Assembly: GCA_019634005.1 (NCBI GenBank)
Contig: JAHQWD010000003.1
Span: 133,725 to 174,538 of the forward strand
Length of the DNA: 40,814 nucleotides
Source of the DNA: Candidatus Kaiserbacteria bacterium
GTDB lineage: Bacteria; Patescibacteriota; Minisyncoccia; Phycocordibacterales; UBA918
Reading direction: 5' to 3'
Positions 8,360 through 16,277 of this stretch are shown here, in pieces (within the stretch, counting starts at the first letter, position 1; every line of letters starts with the position of its first letter). Both the position numbers and the translations under genes were made by a program. The notes under the pieces were generated by a model. That model saw nothing but the letters and a program-made list of their open reading frames with translations. It ran no database searches and was not told where the DNA came from.

Positions 8360-9472
8360 ATGAGTAATGAATGTACGGTACGGAAGCTCCTTGCAAAGGC
8401 GGGAATCACCGTAAACGGATCTGAAGAACATGATATCCAGGTCTCCGATACGTCTTTCTACGACCGTGTTGTCTCTCATGGATCGCTTGGTCTCGGCGAG
8501 GCATATGTGGATGGGCTGTGGGATGTGAAAGCACTCGATAAGTGTGTCTTCCGAATGTTGAGGGCGAATCTCAAGGACGAGATATACCTCGACTTTGCCA
8601 CGGTCTTTGGCTATCTGCGTGCACGTGTCACGAATATGGCGTCATGGCGTCCGTTTGCGGTTGGGGAACATCACTACGATGCTGGAAACGATCTGTACGA
8701 GAGAATGCTGGACAGTCGCATGACGTACTCCTGCGGATATTGGAAGGATGCGAAGAATCTTGAGGAAGCTCAAGAAGCGAAGCTCGATCTTATCTGTCGC
8801 AAGATTGCTCTTGGAAAGGATGAGTGCGTCCTCGATATCGGCTGTGGCTGGGGAAGCTTTCTCTCATTTGCAGCTGCGAAATATGATGCTTGGGGAACAG
8901 GCCTTACAGTCTCGAAAGAGCAGAAAGCGCACATCGAAAAAGATTTCCCCAACGCGCCGTTCGAAGTCCTGCTTGAACCTTATCAGACGTTCAGCGGTAA
9001 GATGTTCGACAAGATCGTCTCGGTCGGCATGTTTGAGCACGTCGGCTACAAGAACTACCGTGCGTATATGAGCAAGGTACATTCCTTGCTGCGGGACGAT
9101 GGTCTGTTTCTGCTCCATACCATGGGTGGCAACAAGACGGTCGTTCAGGGGGATCCTTGGATGCAAAAACACATCTTTCCTCACGGAATGGTCCCTTCGG
9201 TGCCACAGATGGGCGCCGCTCTCGACGGACTGTTCGTTGTTGAGGATTGGCACAACATCGGTCACTACTATGATCCGACGCTCATGGCATGGTTTGAAAA
9301 CTTTGACCGAGCGTGGCCCGACCTCAAGGACCAATATGACGATCGATTCTACCGCACATGGAAATACTACCTACTTGCGTGTGCTGGGGCATCGCGCGCC
9401 CGACATTTCCAGGTGTGGCAACTGGTCTTGTCGAAGAAGGGTATGCCTGGTGGATATGTCTGTGTTCGTTAA
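8360..9472 (+). CDS. cfa: Cyclopropane-fatty-acyl-phospholipid synthase
   Basis: GSLGLGEAYVDG, HYDAGNDLY, MTYSCGYW, AQEAKL, VLDIGCGWG, DKIVSVGMFEHVG, WKYYL. Confidence 0.93.
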   Translation: MSNECTVRKLLAKAGITVNGSEEHDIQVSDTSFYDRVVSHGSLGLGEAYVDGLWDVKALDKCVFRMLRANLKDEIYLDFATVFGYLRARVTNMASWRPFAVGEHHYDAGNDLYERMLDSRMTYSCGYWKDAKNLEEAQEAKLDLICRKIALGKDECVLDIGCGWGSFLSFAAAKYDAWGTGLTVSKEQKAHIEKDFPNAPFEVLLEPYQTFSGKMFDKIVSVGMFEHVGYKNYRAYMSKVHSLLRDDGLFLLHTMGGNKTVVQGDPWMQKHIFPHGMVPSVPQMGAALDGLFVVEDWHNIGHYYDPTLMAWFENFDRAWPDLKDQYDDRFYRTWKYYLLACAGASRARHFQVWQLVLSKKGMPGGYVCVR

Positions 9473-9482
9473 AGGTACCCAA

Positions 9483-9518
9483 AACACCCCTGCCGCTTCG
9501 GCGACGGGGGTGTTATTT
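9483..9518 (+). terminator. Intrinsic terminator (cUUCGg hairpin)
   Basis: AACACCCC-TGCCGC-TTCG-GCGACG-GGGGTGTT. Confidence 0.75.
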
Positions 9519-9598
9519 GATAATACACAGCTGTCTCTATACATATGTTTAAGCATGGTACCCTAGAAATAGGCCTTTATTCGTTAATATACGTATGT

Positions 9599-9784
9599 AT
9601 GGAACTAAAAGGACTCTGCATGAAGTGTCGTGATGACAACAACAAGCCAACGATGCAAACTATGCAAAACATCACTGTTGAGGAGAAGAATAATCGCTTC
9701 TCAGCAAAGGGTATATGCGCGGTCTGTGGGGGGAATATGTTCAAATTCCTTTCAAAGGACGACGCGGCAAAATTTAGGGCGTAA
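9599..9784 (+). CDS. DUF5679-like small zinc-ribbon protein
   Basis: CMKC...KGICAVCGGNMFKF pattern, 61 aa. Confidence 0.75.
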   Translation: MELKGLCMKCRDDNNKPTMQTMQNITVEEKNNRFSAKGICAVCGGNMFKFLSKDDAAKFRA

Positions 9785-10478
9785 TGCCTAACATATCAAG
9801 GAACGCTCTTAATTCTTGATTTTTCAAAATACGAAACTGTCCTGGTTTCAGGGCGTTTTGTTTTATATCCATAATGCGTACACGGGCAAGACGCTCTACT
9901 TGATACCCTAGCGCGGCGCACATGCGACGAATCTGATGTTTCTTTCCTTCGGTGAGAATGAGGGAGAAGGTGTTTGGGTTTATTCTCGTCACCGTTGTTG
10001 GTTTAGTCGTATATCCTTCAATATTTACGCCAGATTCCATTTTATTCATGAAAGCACCAGTGATCTTTTTGTCCACGGTGACGTGATACTCTCGCTCATG
10101 GCCGTGTTCTAAAAGTGGCGCGGTGATACGTCCGTCATCGGTGAGGATAATGAGCCCTTCAGAGTCTTTGTCGAGGCGACCAATGGGGAAGAGTCCACTG
10201 AGGTTATACAACTTCTTAATACGCATCTCGATATCTTCCTCTCCTTTCCCTGGAGAGTGGGTAATAACCCCGCGAGGTTTATAGTACGCGAGGTATCGAT
10301 ACTCTTTCTTTTTTCCTTTTATCTCGACAACATCATCTTTTTCAATCTTTTGTCCAAGTGTTGCAGGCTTTCCGTTCACCAAGACATCACCCTTTTCAAT
10401 AAGGGTGTCTGCACCGCGACGAGTGGTAATACCCTCATGTGCGAGATATTTGTTTATGCGCATAGGAAACTCTTGCAT
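9774..10478 (-). CDS. rRNA pseudouridine synthase, RsuA/RluB/RluF family
   Basis: S4 domain (RINKYLA...RRGAD), GRLDKDSEGL with catalytic Asp, EGKKHQIRRM. Confidence 0.93.
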   Translation of the reverse strand: MQEFPMRINKYLAHEGITTRRGADTLIEKGDVLVNGKPATLGQKIEKDDVVEIKGKKKEYRYLAYYKPRGVITHSPGKGEEDIEMRIKKLYNLSGLFPIGRLDKDSEGLIILTDDGRITAPLLEHGHEREYHVTVDKKITGAFMNKMESGVNIEGYTTKPTTVTRINPNTFSLILTEGKKHQIRRMCAALGYQVERLARVRIMDIKQNALKPGQFRILKNQELRAFLDMLGITP

Positions 10479-10510
10479 ACGTGACACGATGATGTAATAT
10501 GCAGGGCAAT

Positions 10511-11761
10511 ATGTCAAGAGATCGTAACAACACATTTGACGTCATCGTCATCGGTGGCGGTCCTGCGGGAATGATGGCTGCAGGCACTGCAGCCTCTCGC
10601 GGGAAGCGAGTGGCACTTATCGAGAAGAATAAAGTGCTTGGAAAGAAACTCTCCATCACTGGTGGTGGCCGCTGTAATATCACAAATGCTGAGGAAGATG
10701 TTCATGAACTTCTTGGTCATTTTGGTGATGCCAAGGACTTTCTCTTTTCTCCGTTCTCACAATTTGGTGTGAAAGACACCTTTCAATTCTTTGCGGAACG
10801 TGGACTGCCGCTTGTGGTAGAGGCGCGTAAACGTGCATTTCCAGAGACACAGTCTGCGCCAGATGTAACGGAGACAATGAAAAAGTATGTCACGGAACAT
10901 AATGTGACCCTAAAACTTGGTACACGCACCGACGGATTCATTACTGAAGAAGGAAAGGTTATCGGTGTGAAGACGAATCAGGGAGATTTCTATGCAGATA
11001 CCTTTGTACTTGCGACTGGCGGAAAGTCTCATAGTGAGACTGGTTCTACGGGAGAGGGAATTAACTGGCTTCAAGAGTTGGGGCATACCACCCATGAACC
11101 AAACCCAGACATCGTACCGCTTATGGTGGCAGAAGAATGGGTGAAAGAACTCTCTGGTACGACGCTTTCATTTATGAAGATCACCTTCGGGGAAGGAAAG
11201 GAGAAGGTGTCGAGAGTGGGGAAACTCCTTTTCACACACTTTGGTCTCTCCGGTCCACTTATCCTCAATAGCGCGCACGAGGTGAAGGAGCTGCTTAAGG
11301 ATGGTCCTGTAGATACAACGATAGATCTCTTCCCAGACACGGAGATCGGTACTGTACGTCGGCGCGTTCTTGGTGCATTTGATGTGAATAAGAACAAGAT
11401 GGTAAAGAACGTGCTTTCAGAGATTGCGCCTGATGGTATGACAAAAGCAATTCTCTCATTACTCCCTGAAGAACTCCGAGAACAGAAAGTGCACTCTGTG
11501 AGTAAAGACGAACGAAACTACATTGCAGATTTAATGAAAGGTATGCCGTGTACCGTGACTGACACGATGGGATACGACTGGGCGGTGGTGTCCGACGGAG
11601 GAGTGGACCTCAGAGAGGTGGATACACGTACTATGAAGTCTACTATTCACGACAACCTCTATATCATTGGAGACGCGCTTCATATCAGTAGACCGTCTGG
11701 TGGATACTCTTTGCAGCTCTGCTGGACAACTGGATATGTGGCAGGAAAAAACCTAGAATAG
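10511..11761 (+). CDS. HI0933/BaiN/YhiN(RdsA)-family flavoprotein
   Basis: VIGGGPAGMMAA, GKKLSITGGGRCNITN, ATGG.S...GSTG.G, LFTHFGLSGP, GGYSLQ. Confidence 0.92.
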   Translation: MSRDRNNTFDVIVIGGGPAGMMAAGTAASRGKRVALIEKNKVLGKKLSITGGGRCNITNAEEDVHELLGHFGDAKDFLFSPFSQFGVKDTFQFFAERGLPLVVEARKRAFPETQSAPDVTETMKKYVTEHNVTLKLGTRTDGFITEEGKVIGVKTNQGDFYADTFVLATGGKSHSETGSTGEGINWLQELGHTTHEPNPDIVPLMVAEEWVKELSGTTLSFMKITFGEGKEKVSRVGKLLFTHFGLSGPLILNSAHEVKELLKDGPVDTTIDLFPDTEIGTVRRRVLGAFDVNKNKMVKNVLSEIAPDGMTKAILSLLPEELREQKVHSVSKDERNYIADLMKGMPCTVTDTMGYDWAVVSDGGVDLREVDTRTMKSTIHDNLYIIGDALHISRPSGGYSLQLCWTTGYVAGKNLE

Positions 11762-11844
11762 GTTGACAATATTTTTTATCTAATATACCCTGAAATAGGA
11801 TACACATCCAAGTTCTTCTAACGTTGTATGAAAAGGAGTATGTT

Positions 11845-12162
11845 ATGCATACGAACAGTCAGATTGTTCCTCGTGCTTCCGTCTCGATACTACTCACATC
11901 TGATCTCTCGCAGGTACGTGCATTTGTCGAGCGCCAGCATCCGGAATGGAGTGGTGAGCGTCTCGATGCAGCTGAGACAGCATATCGTCACTATCTTATT
12001 ACCACGCATGTCGGTGAACGAGCGCATCCAAACGAAGACGCCGACATCATGTGGCATGCTCACATTCTGCATACAAAAGACTATGCGCGCTTTTGTGAAG
12101 AGCATTTTGGTAAGTTTCTGCACCACACCCCCACAGGTAAGACGTGCGGCTACTGGGACTGA
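11845..12162 (+). CDS. Glycine-rich-domain (GRDP/DUF1399-like) HxH protein
   Basis: P..DADIMWHAHILHTKDYARFCEEHFGKFLHHTP motif; TTGACA promoter and AAGGAG SD. Confidence 0.75.
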   Translation: MHTNSQIVPRASVSILLTSDLSQVRAFVERQHPEWSGERLDAAETAYRHYLITTHVGERAHPNEDADIMWHAHILHTKDYARFCEEHFGKFLHHTPTGKTCGYWD

Positions 12163-12184
12163 TATCTTCGAGGAAAATCATAAT

Positions 12185-12217
12185 AGGGCCCATGCACGCT
12201 ATGGGCCCTTTGTCTTT
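12185..12217 (+). terminator. Terminator-like hairpin
   Basis: AGGGCCCAT-7nt-ATGGGCCCT followed by TTGTCTTT. Confidence 0.65.
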
Positions 12218-12778
12218 ATGAATTGGACTACCTATCTAGAAAAAACGGCAGGACGGAAACATTCTCCAATCTTGGAGAAGGCTCTTTCGTATGTGCACAC
12301 GGGGCATCGAGCACTTGATCTTGGAAGTGGTGCAGGGAATGACGCACGGTTTCTTATTGGGAAAGGATTCATGGTTGATGCGGTTGATAGCAACCCAGAG
12401 TCTCAGAGATTCCTTCTCCCCGAAGTAGACTTTGTACAAAGTACGTTTGATACATACATGTTTCCGTTAGAAAGGTATGATCTCATTAATGCACAGCTTG
12501 CACTCCCGTTTAATTCACCTGAGACTTTCAATGATATGTTTGAGAAACTCACAAAGTCTCTCAAGTGTGGAGGCATTTTTGCCGGGCAATTTTTTGGACT
12601 GAAAGATGCATGGGCGGAGAGGGGAAAGATTACGGTTCATACACACGAAGAAATACACAGTCTCTTGCAAGCGTATGAGGTACATCTATGCAAGGAAGAG
12701 TATACACGGAAAGGAACAGTCCAAAATGGAGATAAGGTGTGGCATATATTTCACGTGATTGCGGAACGAAGGACTTGA
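12218..12778 (+). CDS. Class I SAM-dependent methyltransferase (TehB-like)
   Basis: ALDLGSGAGND, VDAVD, YDLINAQLALPF, LKCGG, WHIFHVIA. Confidence 0.85.
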   Translation: MNWTTYLEKTAGRKHSPILEKALSYVHTGHRALDLGSGAGNDARFLIGKGFMVDAVDSNPESQRFLLPEVDFVQSTFDTYMFPLERYDLINAQLALPFNSPETFNDMFEKLTKSLKCGGIFAGQFFGLKDAWAERGKITVHTHEEIHSLLQAYEVHLCKEEYTRKGTVQNGDKVWHIFHVIAERRT

Positions 12779-12788
12779 TTTTTAATAC

Positions 12789-12810
12789 AGTATAGTATAT
12801 ATACTATACT
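12789..12810. promoter_or_regulatory. Perfect 22-bp palindrome over the promoter of the RTX gene (candidate operator)
   Basis: AGTATAGTATATATACTATACT equals its own reverse complement; it lies downstream of TTGATT (12775-12780). Confidence 0.55.
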
Positions 12811-12866
12811 AGAATAACCTAAGACAGTTTGTTCTATAACTTCTAATGAGAGAAAGGAGCTTAGAA

Positions 12867-13568
12867 ATGTCTCTCAATTTGATTGATGGCACCGACGGGA
12901 ATGATGTTCTACGCGGTGGAAATGAAGATGACCTTATCCTTGGACACGGTGGCTCTGACCTCCTTGTCGGGAAGGGTGGCAACGACGTCCTTGCGGGGGA
13001 CGGCATTGAAGACACAGACAGTGACGGGGTTATCGTCGGCAGTGAACGGCTTCGTGACGACAACCCTGCGGCTATCTGGGGCGGCACTGGCGATGACTGG
13101 ATCGCGGGCACCGAAGGAGATGACACACTTGGCGGTGGCTCTGGTGCTGACGTCATCCGTGACCACGGCGGCGATGATCTCGTCTTTGGCGGCGCAGGGG
13201 ACGATACGATCATCGTCGTCAGCGGAGACAATGTTGTCTTTGGCGGCGTTGGCAACGACACCATTGAGATCTTTGAAGGTGAAAATGATGTCTACAGCGG
13301 TGCAGGTGACGACCTCATTGGCTCTGGTTTTGACGCCGACACCTTCCATTTCGCGACAGGTCACGGCAATGACACCATTGAATGGTTTGACGAGTTGGAT
13401 ACGCTCTACCTCGTCAACACGACGACAGACTTCCAGTCTGTTGATGATGTCATCGCGCATGCGACCAATGTCACCGACGGCGTACTCATCGACACAGGGG
13501 GAGGAGATTCCATTCTCCTCCAAGACCTCTCCGTTGATGATCTCGCAAGTTTCTCATATGTGTTCTAG
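12867..13568 (+). CDS. RTX/hemolysin-type Ca2+-binding repeat protein
   Basis: About 13 GGxGxDxLx-type nonapeptides, very acidic, GHGNDTI..F tail; AAGGAG SD; visibly GC3-rich codons. Confidence 0.88.
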   Translation: MSLNLIDGTDGNDVLRGGNEDDLILGHGGSDLLVGKGGNDVLAGDGIEDTDSDGVIVGSERLRDDNPAAIWGGTGDDWIAGTEGDDTLGGGSGADVIRDHGGDDLVFGGAGDDTIIVVSGDNVVFGGVGNDTIEIFEGENDVYSGAGDDLIGSGFDADTFHFATGHGNDTIEWFDELDTLYLVNTTTDFQSVDDVIAHATNVTDGVLIDTGGGDSILLQDLSVDDLASFSYVF

Positions 13569-13575
13569 AGGATAC

Positions 13576-13605
13576 GGGTGCCCCTGCGGGGCACCCTTTT
13601 ATTTT
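13576..13605 (+). terminator. Intrinsic terminator between the convergent RTX and XRE genes
   Basis: GGGTGCCCC-TGC-GGGGCACCC followed by TTTTATTTT. Confidence 0.8.
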
Positions 13606-13817
13606 AAAAAGAAGTTGATGGGCTTTTTATACGTTTTCGCAAAGTCTGCAACCTCAAGCGCACCAATATACCGCTCGCCGCGTTCGATCTTTGAAATGTA
13701 TGACTGTGGCTTTCCTAGCTGTTTGCCTGCGGTTACTTGTGTCAGTCCTGCATCCAATCGTGCCTTGCGGAGTTTTGCTATCAATGTCTGATATTTAGGA
13801 TGGTATAGGTCTCCCAT
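13599..13817 (-). CDS. XRE/HTH_3 transcriptional regulator
   Basis: LRKARLDAGLTQ...LGKPQSYISKIERGER; start at 13817 (or 13823). Confidence 0.9.
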   Translation of the reverse strand: MGDLYHPKYQTLIAKLRKARLDAGLTQVTAGKQLGKPQSYISKIERGERYIGALEVADFAKTYKKPINFFLK

Positions 13818-13911
13818 ATACATCTCTACGGTATAGCCTGTTGCAGTATATACCAGTTTAGTATATCCTAGATATGTTGCGCATTTATCCATGCTATAGG
13901 AAAACTACTCC

Positions 13912-16236
13912 ATGATTAGATTTATTGCTCTTTTATTCTTACTGCCACTCGGTGTGTCTGCGCAGACCCTTGTGGCTGATGTCTCTGTAAGATCCGATGC
14001 TTTTATACAAGTAGATGAACGCTCTTACGAGGTCGTTTTTACGCTCTCACAGGGAGAGGGTATGCAGCCAGGTGTGAGATACGCGCTCGCATTGGTAGAT
14101 GGCGAGGGAAACACCTATGCAGGTGTGGTATCTGAAGAGGTGCTTATTTTGAACGAAGGAGAATCTGTGCAGAAGAGTATCGCGTATACTGCACCAGAAG
14201 ATCTGGGAGGCACATATGCAGTTGTGCTTCAGGTGCTGACACAGGACTATTTCCCATTGGCATATGTTGAGGTTGCGGAGGTGGTACTTGAAGGAAAGAC
14301 CTCTTCTCATGGTATCAGTCTCTTTGAGCACACGGAGTATATTGAGAATGTGCGTATACTCCGCGAAGGTGTGCAGGTGGTGGCAACTGTTCCTGAAGAG
14401 ATGACGCTTCGTGTTGCGTATTGTGGATCAGAGAAAGAAGTCTTATTTACTCCAGAGATGATGGAAGTGACGCTTCCGTTTGAAACAGACTGCCTTGGAG
14501 ACATACACGTTTCATTCTTCAAAGATGGAACCGTTATTGAGGAAAGTGTGTATGTACTCCCGAACGAAGAACAGACGAATTGGATTCCTTTCTATGGAGT
14601 GGCAATACTTTTGGCTGTTTCTCTCTTCCTGTATGTTCTGTATCGAAAGAGAAAGAGGGTGGCGCCACTGACACTCCTTCTTGTACCATTCCTTCTTTTT
14701 GGATTCTCTACAGAAGCCGCCATGTACAAAGAGCGGCTGGGATTCTCTTCACAGGCACTTGGCGATGCTTTTGGATGTAACGTACTTGTGCGCGTCTTCG
14801 GTCCAACCGCTGCTTCAGAGAAAGGAAGTGGGGAATCTTTCACTATTCGCTCGGAGTACTTTACTACGGACTGTCTTGCCAATATGAGTGTCACCGCAAA
14901 TATTGTTGGCGGTGGTCGTGGAAGTGGCTCTACTGGCAATGGTGTTGAAGGAACCAAATCTGTCACCCTCTCTGCGCCTCAAAACCCAGGGACATACGAT
15001 ATAAATGTGTCGGGTGGTATATCGGCAAGGAAAGCAACATCAGGCTATGCTTCCAAGTCATATCCAAGTACACGAAGCGCCAATCCAATGTTTCAAGTGA
15101 AGGTTAAAGAACCAGTAGTACCGACCGCATGGCTTACCGCGAATCCTACGAGTATCACTGAAGGACAGTCGACGACATTAGAATGGGGAAGTGAGGACGC
15201 CTCACGTTGCGGAAGTTTGGAGAATCCACTCAAGACGAACGGAAAGAAAAGTGGAGAACAGACGATCACACTTAACCATGCACAAACAAAAGTGTTTAAG
15301 GTTAGTTGTGATGGAGCGGTCGCGACTGCAACGGTTGTGGTGAATGAGAAGGTTGTTGTGGAGGAAGATGAGCCAGAGCCACCGGCACCAGAAGCATGGT
15401 TTGAGGCAAGGCCAACGTCAGTTATAGGAGGCTCTCCTGTTGTTGTGACATGGGGGAGTACTCACGCATATGATTGTCGCGGATGGAACTTTGCGACAGG
15501 AGGATCTAAAAACGGATCAGAGACTGTGTATCCAAACGCCAACACAACCTACGGTGTCACCTGTTGGGAAGGTGCAAACAAAAGTGGGCGGAAAGTGACA
15601 GCATCTCAATATGTCGCAGTAACGTCTCCGCCATCTATCCCAGAGCCAGACTCTCCGCCACCTTCTTTGGAGCCAGATTCCACACCAGAACCAGACCCTG
15701 AACCTCCCGCTGCTCCAACGGCATCTCTTCAAGTGCGAAACAACACTCAAGGGGGTTCATGGACGGGCGCGAACATCACCATTCTCCCAGGAGACCAAAT
15801 TGCTTTGCGGTGGGATTCTACCAACGCCACGTCGTGCAATGGGAGTAACTTTAGTACTGGTGGATCTGATGATGGACAGACTTCCTCAATCTCCGAACCG
15901 TCAGCGGGGAATAACCGAGTATATGCTGTCTCATGTTCTGGGTCTGGCGGGTCTGATAGCGATTCGCTCCGTGTTTATACACAGGCAGTGGATCCAACGA
16001 TCTCAGTAGATAGTACGCGAGTGCGGGAAGGGGAGTATGTAGAACTTACCTACAACCTTCAAGGAAATGCACCTGCTGGATGTACCTTAAGAGGTCCAGG
16101 AATCGAGGCAACACCAAGTAATCAGTCGGGGAGTGTGCAGGTTCGTATCTATGGGGACTCGGTATTTACACTCACCTGTGCTGGAGGATTAGACGAAGTC
16201 TCGATCGAACTCATACCCGTTCTCTTCGGTTCGTAG
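13912..16236 (+). CDS. Large exported/surface protein with internal TM plus second signal peptide and Cys-paired beta-sandwich-like repeats
   Basis: N-terminal signal (VSA-QT); TM followed by RKRKR at about aa 224-250; repeats of W.S..A..C...F.TGG...G......Y.V.C separated by P/E-rich linkers. Confidence 0.8.
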   Translation: MIRFIALLFLLPLGVSAQTLVADVSVRSDAFIQVDERSYEVVFTLSQGEGMQPGVRYALALVDGEGNTYAGVVSEEVLILNEGESVQKSIAYTAPEDLGGTYAVVLQVLTQDYFPLAYVEVAEVVLEGKTSSHGISLFEHTEYIENVRILREGVQVVATVPEEMTLRVAYCGSEKEVLFTPEMMEVTLPFETDCLGDIHVSFFKDGTVIEESVYVLPNEEQTNWIPFYGVAILLAVSLFLYVLYRKRKRVAPLTLLLVPFLLFGFSTEAAMYKERLGFSSQALGDAFGCNVLVRVFGPTAASEKGSGESFTIRSEYFTTDCLANMSVTANIVGGGRGSGSTGNGVEGTKSVTLSAPQNPGTYDINVSGGISARKATSGYASKSYPSTRSANPMFQVKVKEPVVPTAWLTANPTSITEGQSTTLEWGSEDASRCGSLENPLKTNGKKSGEQTITLNHAQTKVFKVSCDGAVATATVVVNEKVVVEEDEPEPPAPEAWFEARPTSVIGGSPVVVTWGSTHAYDCRGWNFATGGSKNGSETVYPNANTTYGVTCWEGANKSGRKVTASQYVAVTSPPSIPEPDSPPPSLEPDSTPEPDPEPPAAPTASLQVRNNTQGGSWTGANITILPGDQIALRWDSTNATSCNGSNFSTGGSDDGQTSSISEPSAGNNRVYAVSCSGSGGSDSDSLRVYTQAVDPTISVDSTRVREGEYVELTYNLQGNAPAGCTLRGPGIEATPSNQSGSVQVRIYGDSVFTLTCAGGLDEVSIELIPVLFGS

Positions 16237-16277
16237 AATACTGTACAAGAAGCATATAGTGTGGTATTATGTGCGGA

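Noticed and set aside
11828-12217. 130-aa N-terminal extension of the methyltransferase overlapping the HxH gene
   Set aside because: Shadow frame; it crosses a terminator hairpin, and the SD supports ATG 11845 in the other frame
12883-13791. Long alternative and antisense ORFs over the RTX gene
   Set aside because: Expected by-product of GC-rich repetitive codons; no motifs or start signals
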